Shown here piece by piece: positions 24,450 to 37,059 of a stretch of DNA of 64,000 nt; position 1 is the stretch's first letter; each line of letters begins with the position of its first letter. A program made the position numbers and the translations under genes. The stretch is from Octopus vulgaris (taxonomy: Eukaryota), in assembly GCA_951406725.2 (NCBI GenBank), contig OX597825.1, forward strand, positions 33,728,001-33,792,000, given 5' to 3'. The notes under the pieces were generated by a model. It saw only the letters and a list, made by a program, of their open reading frames with translations, was not told the origin of the DNA and ran no database searches.

Positions 24450-25719
24450 CTTAGTGTTAGCACATTTGATGTACGAAATGTACGTTGCGAGGAAAAATCG
24501 AAATTAGAAAATAATTATTACTTTAGTCTTGCGCGCGCGGGCGATTGTGTTAGAAATCAGTAATGTTTCCATTTTTTCCAGTCACTATGGGAGATATCTC
24601 TCCAGATATTTTCGCTGCTTTTCTTCTCATCAGCGAAACATAGACTCTGAAGTCTATGTTTCGAAGTCTTTCGAAATGCAAGAAATAGCAACCAAATGTC
24701 ACTCAAATTTCACAGCATCTGAAACAAGGAACGATACATTGGATAATGTAATCCTGGGTAGACTCTGTCTAAGGAAAAGAGACGTGATGATTACATTTGC
24801 AAAATCTTGCATCATTGATCTATGACTAAGAGTGGCTTGTGATTAAACAACAACAGAAAGAAATACTAGCATGCCAAAATAGATTAGGGGTTAGAGTAAG
24901 CTTGGATTAGAGACAAGATGGAGATCAATCTGTTTAACACGATCAACCTCTCTATTCACATGCGTGCTATCTTGTCTCACTCCCTTTTCTACAGCTACAG
25001 TTGTAGCTCTGCTTTCCGGATTCGCTGGTCTCGTTCCACCGCTATCCAGATCCACTCGGACTCATCTATCTCTCGGCCTTAACCATTATGCTTTACCTTA
25101 CCTTCACCGAAGGTTATGTCATCCGACATTCTCTCCATTTTTTCCACAGCCGTCAATTTACTTCTATTAAAAACCCTTTTTTTAATCACCAACCTTGTCG
25201 AGTAGCATGATTCTTTCATACGCTTTAAGTTTTAAGAACTACAAAGTCTAAAACATCAGAATCAGTCTTAAATATAATTAGGTCTCTAAAATAATGAAAA
25301 CTGTTCTCTTGGTACTAATTACTTACATCGTTATATGAAATGTGCTTAATTAGGACTTGTGCCATTCAGTCTATTAGTCTAAGTTACATCATATTTTTTT
25401 CCTTTTGTGTCATAACAGCACTGTATCAATTATGTCATATTTTCAGTTGTCGCTGTATCAACTGTCAAGTATCATAAAATCAATTATATAATGGCACGAG
25501 CAAAACGCCCCCCGCCCCCGTCCAATGGACGGTGCTGAGTTGTCAAAAATTTAAACCAAATTTTCTGAAAACCACTAGGCCTCCCCTTTGAGAAACACTG
25601 ATTTAACCTAAATTTGTCACACTGGCAAAGAAAGAAATAAAGATAGACTTTTTTTCTATTCCAAAGTAAAACGATTTTATTCACACAAATATGCAACCGA
25701 AGCGTTTCAAGTACCAGTA

Positions 25720-26048
25720 ATGATAAGGCTGTTGACTGGGAGAACACAAACATGGTTTAAATAGTAAGCTTGACAGGAAAGAAACGTGCCTTTAAGCAGT
25801 ACAAAAACAACAAAAATGGAAGGTGCAGTTATGTACATGTTGACTGAAGAAAAGCAGGACAAAAACGGCTTTATCAATCGCATTCTCACCTGGAATCGAT
25901 TTTTGCAATTTTTTCAAGACTTATACACGCCCTGATACCGTCGGTATCTACAAATCAAATTTGAGCGCAATCGGTTGGAGGATGCCCAAGATCCGAGAAG
26001 ACACACACACACAGAGACAAACAGTCAGAACGGATTTTATATAAGAGA
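25720..26048 (-). mobile_element. Helitron-like 5' end (non-autonomous)
   Basis: Minus strand A|TCTCTTATATAAAA...GTTTGTCTCTGTGTG...CCAACCGATTGCGCTCAAATTTG, a typical animal Helitron 5' terminus. Inner boundary approximate. Confidence 0.55.
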
Positions 26049-26083
26049 TTTATTGGGTCACATTTAACTGTATCATAGTGTTA

Positions 26084-27763
26084 CAGTGGCTTGCAAAAGT
26101 CTGCACCCCCTTTGAAAATTTATATATTTTGTATAATTTAACAGGGAACAGCACATTTTTTCAATTCCAATGATTGTTAAATAATAAGCAGATCCACCAC
26201 ACTTTCCTTCGATATAGAATTTACATTTTAAAAATTTCATACTGATTCTTAAAATCATATAACTTAGAAAAATGTCTTTGCAAAAGTTTACCCCCTCCCC
26301 TCCCAGATATTATATTGTGTTCTCAGGTAGTTTGTCATTGATGTATACAATCCAAAACAATCAAAGGTGACATGTGCGTTCTACCATAACAAACAAACTT
26401 GGCCAGTCTATCATTTTGCTGAATAAGGTGATTTAACTGCCTACAAAATCATTCACCACGTGGTTTTTTGGTATGTTGGTCTTTGGACTCTGACTGTCAA
26501 CACAAGGTGTCCAACTCGGGAAAAAAATGGGCAAGCCTCTGTCTCAGGAACTTATTATTCAAAAGTACAATGAAAATAATGGCTATGAAAAGATTGCAAA
26601 AACTTTAGAATTGCCCCAAAGCACTGTTAAAACTGTAGTTAAGAAGTAGTTAGTGCACAAAACCAGTGCTACCCTCCCAAGAACTGGGAGACCGAGCAAA
26701 CTTACCGGAAGAGCAAAGTCAAAATGGTCCGGGAGGCAACCTCCAACCCTAGTGCAACACTTGAAGACTTGAAAGCTTCAGTTTCCAGTATTGGGACAGA
26801 TGTCCATACATCTACAATTTCTAGTGTATTGCACCGGTCTGGCCTGCAAGGGAGGGTAGCTAGAAAAAAGCCCCTACTGAAGCCTTTACACAAGCAAGCT
26901 TGGCTAAACTTTGCCAAAAGTCACATTAATGATTCCATGACCATGTGGTGAAAGATTTTGTGATCAGATGAGATCAAAGTCGAGTCATTTGGAAAAAATA
27001 CGAAACGCTACGTTTGGCTGAAAAAAGGCACTGCACACCAACCTCATTACACCGTCCCCACTGTAATGCATGGCGGTGGTTTGATCATGTTTTGGGGGCT
27101 GTTTTTCAGCTGCAGAGCCTGGAACCTTGGCAACCATCCAAGGTATCATGGACAGTGTCAAGTACCAAGAAATATTGGAGGCAAACCTACTGAAATCTGC
27201 TAGAGCTCTGCGCTTGGGTTGCAATTTCAAGTTTCAACGAGATAATGGCTCCAGGCATGTGTCAAAAAGCAGTAAAGCTTGGTTTGCTAGCAAGAAAATC
27301 ACAGTTTTGGAATGGCCCAGCCAGTCTCCAGACCTCAATTCTATAGAAAATCTATGGCGAGATCTAAAGCTGGCTTTGCACCGACGCTCCCCATCTAATC
27401 TGACACAGCTCGAGCAGTTCTCTCATGAAGAATGGCGAAAACTGTCAGCAGACCACTGCAGCAAGCTCCTGGAAGGCTACCCGAGGCGACTGCAGGCTGT
27501 AATTGATGCAGCAGGATCATCCAAATTGTATTAGCTGAAGACATTCCAAAGGGGGTGTAGACTTTTGAAAAGACATTTTTCAAAATTATCCTTGTTTAAG
27601 AATCAGTTTTAAATTTTTCAAATATATTTTGTGTATTAAATAAAAGTGTGATAGATCTGCTTATTAAAACAAATTATTGGAGTTTAAAATATTAATTGTT
27701 CCTATCAAAATAAACAAAATACATCCAGTTTCCAAGGAGGGTGTAGACTTTTGCAAGGCACTG
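26084..27763 (+). mobile_element. Full-length IR/DR-type Tc1 transposon (1680 bp)
   Basis: TA|CAGTGGCTTGCAAAAGTCTGCACCC ... GGGTGTAGACTTTTGCAAGGCACTG|TA. Inner direct repeats at about 26270-26295 and 27550-27580 give ~210-bp IRs. Confidence 0.95.
26527..27534 (+). pseudogene. Tc1 DD34E transposase pseudogene
   Basis: PRTGRPSK, GRVARKKPLL, SDE, QRDNGSRH, WPSQSPDLNSIENLW (34 residues between D and E). Stops and frameshifts. Confidence 0.93.
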
Positions 27764-28901
27764 TAATTATGTCATAGTATTAGTTACGTCATGATATCAG
27801 TTGCGTCATAATATCAATTGTTTTATAGGTGTGTACTCAATTGTGAGTGACAATATCTAAGTGAGACAATAGAATCCGGATAAATTAATGATTGTTTCCG
27901 TTCGTTAAAAAAATTAATACAGGATTGTCGTAGACGGAATGCTTTTGAACAGTTCATAAAGTGAATAAGCTACATTACCGTGAGGAAGATCTTAACTAAG
28001 GATTCCCTAAATTCTATGAGAATAGTTTAAAATGTATTTAATTAACACGACCATGCCTATATCCAGCTTGGAATGAGAATAAAATCGAGAAATTTAGGCA
28101 CTATCTAAAAATTCGAGATACAAAAACTTATAACGTATTTGTGAACATTCAGACATTATATGTAAATACAAGAAAAAAATCATGTTTTTGTGTCCTGTAC
28201 AAATCTAACAACAAAAGATAGTATATTTCCTAACTAGAATTAGCAAGTGAAGGCACATGGCCCAGTGGTTAGATCGTCGGGCTCACAATCATGAGGTATT
28301 GAGTTCGAAACTCGGGTCGTGTAATATGTTTCGTTCTTGAGCAAGACACTTTATTTCACATTGCTCCAGTTTATAAAGATGTAGAATAAGTTGCGGCATC
28401 ACTCGTGTCAAGCTGTATCGGTTTTTGTCTTTCCCTCGGATAACATCGGTGGTGTGGAGAGGGGTGGGGCTGGTATGCATGGGTGACTGCTGGTCTTCCA
28501 TAAACGACCTTACCCAGACTTGTGCTTCGGAGGGTACTTGCTAGGTGCAGTCCCAAGGTCATTCATGCTCGAAGTGAGGTCTTTACCTTTTTATCCTAGA
28601 TTTATCAGGTAAATGAATTAGTGCCATAGTAATTAGAAAGGAATAAAATGTATCTAATTAACCGTATGTATGCGGTAAGGTGAAGAAAGCCTAATTAACT
28701 TAATGGTCAATATTATTTTTACCTGACCTTAACAAGTACGGTCCTGTTCATGTCTTTCCCGCTGGTATTGACCGGTAATACTTCAAGAAGAACGGACCGT
28801 ACTTAGAGTATTCATTAGATTAATAGATAAGAATGGTGGACGGTACCCACATTAGTTAGGGTGTTGATTGTCGGCTACACTGTCCACATTTTCTTCTACA
28901 G

Positions 28902-29138
28902 CAGTGCTTTTCAAACTTTTTGCTGGAGCGGAACCCCAAGGAAACATTCCACTGGCTCGAGGAACACCTGTGCAATAATTTAATAGTCTTATGCACACAT
29001 ATCTGCACAGGAGACTTAAAAATTACTGCCGATTTTAGCAGTTTTGTAACTTCTTGCGGAACCCCTGAACTGTACTGGCGGAACCCCAAGGTTCCGCGGA
29101 ACCCCAAGGTTCCGCGGAACCCTGGTTGAAAACCACTG
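28902..29138. mobile_element. hAT (Charlie-type) MITE, 237 bp
   Basis: 15-bp TIRs CAGTGCTTTTCAAAC / CAGTGGTTTTCAACC and a perfect 8-bp TSD TTCTACAG. Confidence 0.92.
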
Positions 29139-30219
29139 TTCTACAGAATTTACTTTTATAACTTTAGGTGGAAATCCATACACTGGAAGTTAAACACAAT
29201 TATATTGTGATAAATAATACACGTAGTCACATTCATGTTTGATTTATGACGTAATCAGAGCAAGAAGAGATGCATTCAAGTCCTTTTTTGATGGTTTCTA
29301 AGACTGATAGAAAGAAGGAGAGGAAGTTATCCTTGGATCATCATCTAACCTGAGTGATTGCAACAAAATAAATTCTGCTAAAGACACCCGAGGATCAGCG
29401 TTAAACCGAGAGGCGAGTGAGGTTTATAATTCTTAATCAAGAACAATCCTTCTGACAAGCTTCCATACAGTTTCATTCGCAAGGCTTTTGTCGATTCAAA
29501 GCTTAAAGTGCAAGTGCACTAGGATCGAATGCAAAACCTCGCATTTACGAAATGGAATATTAAGCACATGACCATGCCCATACCCAGCTTGGAATGAGAA
29601 TGAAATCGACTAATTTCATCGTTCTTACCTCTCTTCAGAGTGCGTTTAACTCTCTCCTTCCCAAGCAGGAAACTACTTAATAACATATGAACATGATTGC
29701 GATTGGCACAACTCTTTTACTTCACAATCTTTTCTACTATAGGCACAACACCTGAAATTTGTGGGGAGAGGGGTCTAGTCGATGACATTCACCCTATTTC
29801 TCAACAGGTACTTTTTTTATGAACCCCGAAAGGCTGAAAGACAAAGTCGATTTCGACGGAATTTGAATTCAAAATAGAAAGACGGACGAAATGCCGCTAA
29901 GCATTTTGCCCGGAGTGTTAACAATTGTGCTAGCTCGCCGCCTTATTCTTTTACTTATTGGTTACAATATTGAAGAGCTGGTGTTTATTACAAGAGTATG
30001 AATGCAGGACAAATTTATGAATAAATAAATATGTCGAGTTATATTTGACTAGATCCTGTTGTTAGACCTAATTCCGAGAAATTCTCAACCTAATTCCGAG
30101 AAATGTTCTTGTCAGAGTAAGTAGACGTCAAAACAAACTCTTTCTTTGGCTCTGTTTTCAATGAAAATGCCACGGGGTTTCCTTTTCCTCCCTCTTCGTT
30201 TAGACATGTAAAGCCAAGA

Positions 30220-30360
30220 GTGATGTTTGTGACATAAACATTTTCAGGATTTTCATTGACAGTTTTCGGTGAATATTTGTACCATTTGTTGTCTACCCTA
30301 ATTTGGTAGTGTTTGCATATCATATATCAATCATGCCGTCTTGTGTACTCTGACTTGACC
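30220..30360 (-). mobile_element. R4/Dong-like LINE fragment
   Basis: SEYTRRHD...ICKHYQI...KWYKYSPKTVNEN. Confidence 0.55.
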
Positions 30361-30835
30361 TTAAAAATGTGATCGATTGTTATCTTGTACTCACTGCACG
30401 GTCTACCTTTCCTTTTCTTATTTTTGTTGGAGTTTAGTAAATGTGGTTTATGTGAAGATGTTTGTTTTCTCATATCTCTGTACATATATTATGAAGCTAT
30501 TTTATTGTGTCTTACTTTCTTTGCGTTTTAAAATGGTGCTCTGTTTTTTAAACAACAGCGGCTACAACATTGTTAACCTTTGTATTTGTACATAAATATT
30601 ATACATTTTTAAACAGAAGTATTTTCATTGCGTTTAAGGTGACCTGGCAGACTCGACAGCATGACGGACAAAAGGCTTAGCGCATTGCTTCCGGCATTTC
30701 TTCTGAGTTCAAATCCAGCCGAGATCAACCTTTTCATCTTTTCGAGTTGATAAAATAAGTACCCGTAGAGCACTGGGTTCAATATCATCGTCAAGAGCTT
30801 CCACCCGCAAAATTACAGACCTTACAGCTATAATA

Positions 30836-31095
30836 AATAATAATAAATGCACCCTTTTAAAGCCTAGCCAGGCTCATGGGCCCGGTTTCCCGGTTTCAAT
30901 GGTGTATGTGTTCCCCAGCTGGATGGGACACCAGTCCATCGCAGCGTTACTCATTTTTGCCAGTTGAGTGAACTGGAGCAACGTGAAATGAAGTGTTTTG
31001 CTCAAGGACACAACGCGTCGCTCGGTCCAGGAATCGAAACCACAATCTTACGATCATGATGCTGATACCCTAACTACTAAGCTACGCGCCTCCAC
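30836..31095 (-). mobile_element. SINE family C with perfect 13-bp TSD
   Basis: TSD TACAGCTATAATA at 30823-30835 and 31096-31108. Close match to 6054-6317. Confidence 0.9.
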
Positions 31096-31797
31096 TACAG
31101 CTATAATACAAAGAAATTATTATTCTTAGTGCATGTAAAGCGACGAGCTGGCAGACTCGTTAGCACGTCAGAAAAAATGGTTAGCAATTTTTTTCCCGCT
31201 CAGTTAGTTCTGAGTTCAAATCCCACCGGGGCTAACTTTGCCGTTCGTCATTTCGGAGTTGATAAAATAAGTAGTAATGGAGTTCCGGATTCGATGTAAT
31301 TGACTTGATCCATCTCTGAAAACTGGTGGCCTTTTGCCAAAATTTGAAAACATTTTTTATTGCGTTTAAGACGACATGGTAGGACAGGACAGAGAACTGG
31401 CAGAATTGTTAGAGCAATGGTTCTCAACCATTTTCCCCCTTTTGAACCCCTTAGATTACTATCTTATTCAAGTAGACCACCATAGCCATTCAATATTTAA
31501 AAACTAGAAGGCGGCGAGCTGGCAGAAACGTTAGCACGCCGGGCGAAATGCGTAGCCGTATTTCGTCTGCTGTTACGTTCTGAGTTCAAATTCCGCCGTG
31601 GCCGACTTTGCCTTTCATCTTTTCGTGGTCGATTAAATAAGTACCAGTTACGCACTGAGGTCGATATAATCGACTTAATCCGTTTGTCCCTTCCTTGTTT
31701 GTCCTCTCCGTGTTTAGCCCCTTGTGGGTAGTAAGGAAATAGGTATTTCGTCCGTCGCTGCGTTCTGAGTTCAAATTCCGCTGAGGTCGATAGACAT

Positions 31798-31842
<45 letters not shown>

Positions 31843-32971
31843 AGGAGGGAAAGAGAGAGGGAAAGAGAGAGGGAAAGAGAAAACGAAAGAGATAGCTAGA
31901 CAGATAAATATATGCATATGTCTATGTCAGTATCTATGTAATGCATGTATATATGTGTGTGTGTGTGTCTGTGCATTTAATGTATGTACTCTTTGAAATA
32001 TTATGCAAACACACACCACATACACACACACGACATACACACACACGACATACACACACACCACATACACACACACACACACCACATACACACATACACA
32101 CATACACACACACACACACACACACGGCGGGCTCCTTTCAGTTTCGGTCTACAAAATCTACTCGCAAGGCTTTGGTCGACCCGGGGCTGTTATGGAAGAC
32201 ATTTGCTCAAGACGCCATGCTGTGGGACCGAGCACTGAACCATGTGTTTGGGAAGCAAACTTCTTACTACGCAACCACACTTGCGCCTATATGCGTGTGC
32301 GTGTGTGGAGGCGCGTGGCTAGGTGGTTAGGGTGTTGCACTCTTGAACGTAAGATTGTAGTTTCGACTACTGGACCGAGCGTTGCCTTGTGTTCTTGAGC
32401 AAAATACTTCACTTCACATTACTCCGGTTCGCTCAGCTGGCAAATAGGAAAACGGCTGTGACGGATGGGCGTATCGCCCAGAGAAGGATATATATGCCAC
32501 AGAATCCAGTAAACCGATCTTATGAACGTATGGCTTGAGAAAGAACTTTGACCATTTTTGATATGTAGTAAGAAGCTTGCTTCCCAGTCACATGGTTCCG
32601 GGTTCAGTCTCACTGAGTGGCACCTTGGGCAGGTGCCTTCTATTATAACCTCGGGCCGACCGAAGCCTTGTGAGTGGATTTGGTGAACAGAAACTGAAAG
32701 AAACCCATTATACATATATACATGTGTGTGTGTATTTGCCTCCCCCGCGTCCGCTTGACAACGGGTATTATTGGTGTGTTTACATCCCCGTAACTTAGTG
32801 GATCGGCAAAAGACACCGATAGAATAAGTATCCGGCTTAAAATAAGTACCAAGTCGATTTATTTGACTAAAAACTTTTCAAGACGGCGCCCCAGCATGGA
32901 CGCAGTCTAATGACTGAAACATGTAAAATATGTGTGTGTGTCTGTATGCATATGTGTATGTGTGTGTATGC

Positions 32972-33033
<62 letters not shown>

Positions 33034-34728
33034 TAGAAATTGTATGTACAAATAGAAGTACGACTGTTATGTTTAAAGCTGCGCGTAGATAATCATTAAC
33101 CAACTTACTTCCAGTATACGTAACTTCTATACTGAGTAGTATGTGAAGGCGCATGGCTCAGCGATTAGGATACTCGGCTCACGATCGCTGGATCATGAGT
33201 TACATTTCTGCTGGCGCATTTTGTCCTTCAACAAGTCACTTTTTTAGCACTACTCCTGTCCACTCAACTGGCAAAAATGAATTATACCTGTGTTTCAGAG
33301 GTCCAGCCCTGTCACATTCTGTGTCACGTTGAGTCCCCCTGAGAACGATGTTAAGGGTACACGTGTCTGAGGAGTGCTCAGCCACTCGCACGTAAATTTC
33401 ATGAGTAGGCTGTTCCGTCGATCGGCTCAGCTTGAACATTCATTGTCTTTACCGACGGAGTACCAGTTTTAATACTGAGTAGAATTACTACAAAGCAAAT
33501 ATAGAAGAAATAAAGATAAACACAAGCTTACATTATAGTTCCTACGCATTTTTCAACATTATGGCAGTTTGGATCCTAGTAATAGGTGTTCCAAGCGCAT
33601 TTAAATGCTCAACCACAACGTATCATCAGGGAACACTTTATTGCATTAAGTTACATATAATATGGGTTTCAAATTTTGGCACAAGGTCAACAAGTTGGAG
33701 TAAAAGAGGGAAATCGATTATAGCGACCTTAGTGTTCAACTGGTGCTTTTTCCTTTAATCGACTCCTAAAGTATTAAAAGCAAAGTCGATCTCGTGGGAA
33801 TTTGAACTCAGAACATAAAGACAGATGAAAAGCATTTGTCCGACATGCTAACGTTTCTGCCAGTTCGCCACCTTAATGTTATATGTATTATCAATTTTAT
33901 TCAGATGTTTCCCTATTAAGCTCATCCATGGGTACAGGCTATCAGATATATCTTTAAATCGGAGACCAATTGTTTTACAGATGATATTTCTGAAAATCCA
34001 TAAATATCCGTAGAGTTTATATAATTATTCACAAGGATTTTGTACATAACTCTGAAGAGTCAATGTTCGATTTTTATCATTATATTGATATCACAGAATC
34101 TATTTTTGCGTATATTACGTAATGATATAGCAATGTTCTAGAGCTCGAATATCGATGAAGCAACTGGAAATTTACGTAATAGAATGTCTCGTTCACTTCA
34201 TTCTCCTTGTGAATAATTATACACACTCGAGTGCGCGCATACATACAGCCATACATACATGTGTCTGTGTGTGTGTATGTAGAACACTGTTCACTCTTTC
34301 CTCGTCCCCAAACAATTCACTGCATTTTCACTGAGATGGCATCATTCCGCTTTTAACCTAAATTGACATTTCTTGGCGATAAATAGAAACATCTTTTATC
34401 ATTTGCAACATTCTTTTCATGACTAAAGTTTATCTCAAACAATACAAATGGTAAGTAGACAAGCTATTCTTATTTTGAAGTGTCTACAGAATAAACTAAT
34501 ATTTTAACATTATTTTGCATAGCCTACCCTACCTTCTGCACTGGTTTAATTATTATAATCATTTTCTTAGGTGTTATATCTCTTTGAGAATAATAGTCCA
34601 ATGTTTTAGTGAGACTAAAAGAGTAATACATATATATATATAAACAGTAACCAGCGGTGGTGCCCCAGCATGGCCGCGGCCTTCGGGCTAAAACATTTTA
34701 AAGGATTTTTAAGGATTACTTTATATAA

Positions 34729-35140
34729 TCAGGGTTCAGCAAAAAATTGCTTTACCACACACCGAACTTTTAGAAATAGCAGCCAAAGAATTTAGCTATT
34801 TCCTCTACTATAAGAAGAGTCTCCCAGACAATGTATACTCAAAAACAATTCACGTAGGCATAGAGGGAAAAATAACGAAAGTTCACTCGAAATTAGATTA
34901 CTTGTGAACGCGTTTCTGGGTTAGATAGATATAGAGATGCTAGAAATACATCCCTATTCAAGCATTCCCGTCATCAGCACAAGTTTTCATTAAATTTAAA
35001 TTTGAGAGCACTAAAAACCGAACATACCCATCCGATTTGAGTAACCTCAGACAAACTATCCCCGACATCTCCAGTACTAACGAATTCAAAATATACGAAC
35101 GAGGCTCTACAGGGGAAGATGCAGAGCCTCGTTCGTATTA
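34729..35140. mobile_element. Possible Helentron/Helitron-like element ending in a hairpin
   Basis: 16-bp perfect inverted repeat ATACGAACGAGGCTCT/AGAGCCTCGTTCGTAT at 35093-35138, next to TTA/TA tracts. Left boundary uncertain. Confidence 0.35.
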
Positions 35141-35148
35141 TTATTATT

Positions 35149-35213
<65 letters not shown>

Positions 35214-35608
35214 CTTGTTTCAGTCATTTGACTGCGGCCATGCTGGAACAACGCCTCAAAGGGGTTTTTAGTCGAACAAATCGACTTCAGGACTTATTAT
35301 TTGTAAGCCTAGTATTTATTCTATCGATCTTTTGTCGAACCGATAAATTACGGGGACGTAAACATACCAACATCTGTTGTCAAGTGATGGTGGGGAGACA
35401 AACACAGACACAAAGATATAAATCTATACACACACATACATATGTATACACGACGGGCTTCTTACAGTTTCCGTCTACCATACCCACTCACAGGGCTTTG
35501 GTCGGCCCGCTACAATAGAAGACACTTGCCCAAGGTGCTCTGTAGTGGGACAGAACGAGGAACCATCTGTTTGGGAAGCAAGCTTCTTACCACACAGCCA
35601 CGCCTGCC

Positions 35609-35641
<33 letters not shown>

Positions 35642-35659
35642 ACACACACACATATATAT

Positions 35660-35724
<65 letters not shown>

Positions 35725-35789
35725 TTATTAGAGACAAAACCACTATTTTGCAAAACAAACAAGGAAAGACTTAATCAATACATAAAATT

Positions 35790-35891
<102 letters not shown>

Positions 35892-35904
35892 ATACGCGCG
35901 CAAA

Positions 35905-37044
35905 CATGACAAGTAAATAGACCCCCTAATAATCGTTAAAATTTATTTAAATCTAAATGCCCTTCGAATTTTTCAGTGCAAGGACCTTATAAGCATGCTA
36001 CTGATCAGATGGCGGATATTCTCTTAACGAATTTCATGCAATTTTTTTATGCAGCAGTCACAAAAAATCTGTATTTGAGGATGTCTTCTTGTTCTTTTTA
36101 CAAAATGTCCTGTCCATTATGCCCCTGAGGTGTTCATATCTGGTGACTGGCTTGCCCATGGAAGCTTTCTAATGCAATTATCTTCCAATCAATCTTGGGT
36201 TTTTTCAGCTGTATGACAAGGAGCCCCATCTTCCATAAATACTCTTCTTTAATCATTTCACCACTGGAGAAGATTGGAAGGAGTCCTTTCTGCAATATAG
36301 ACACATATATATCTGAGTTTATTTTTCCTTCCCTCACACTCCACCAACTCTGATCAACCATTACTCCAAATTGCTCCCCAGACATTCACAGAGTAGACAC
36401 CATGTTTTATTGTTGGCTGCAACTTTTTCACATCAATTTCTTGATCACAGAGTCTCCAGACCGACACTCGACTACTGTCAGAAAATACAGCAAATCTGGA
36501 CCCATCAGAGAATATGACAGTGACTCAAAATGCTAGTGACCTCTCCACCATATCACTGGCACAATCTTTTCTCAGCTTTGTATTGGCTGGCTGTAGCTTC
36601 CTTCTTGCTGTTCTGCCATAGTAGCCAAGTTTGTGAAGATACCCGACAGCTGTTCTGGGACTGACATCAACATATTTTTCTTTGTCAGAGGCCTTGCAAA
36701 GTGGATTATCCTCCACACTTCTTTTAACAAAATGAAGGGTCCTGTTAGAGGGCCCTGGCCGACCTGGGCAAGATGATATGGACCCCTTCCTTTCTCTGGT
36801 GAATTTCACTGTAGAAAGTGGGATCCCAATGTTTATTTGCGATTTTACGTTGTCCACCTTCAGATTGGCCCACTATACGGCCTCTTTGAAATTCGGACAG
36901 TTCCAATGCTTCTTTTGTACATGGTAAGATTAAACAATCACTTATAGAACCTGAAACATAAAAATGTCAATTAATAAACGATATAAACCTTTTCAAGTTA
37001 AACATGAAACGATGTTTTGGGGTTGTCTATTTACTTCTGTCATG
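35905..37044 (-). mobile_element. Degenerate Tc1-like transposon
   Basis: Imperfect TIRs CATGAC(AG)AAGTAAATAGAC. Remnant peptides CPGRP, GYYGRTARRK, VIFSDGSRF, EDGAPCH and WASQSPDMN. Confidence 0.85.
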
Positions 37045-37059
37045 TGTGTGTGTGTGTGT

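Noticed and set aside
25102-25163. Candidate 62-nt minus-strand exon
   Set aside because: Weak acceptor, and the required phase has a TGA just before the donor.
28046-29610. ~45-bp direct repeat (28046-28089 / 29566-29610) as LTRs
   Set aside because: Too short, with no TG..CA, PBS or PPT. It overlaps a degenerate SINE head.
34451-34570. Plus-strand GTAAGT...TTCTTAG mini-intron
   Set aside because: No recognisable coding flanks, and such sites are common by chance.
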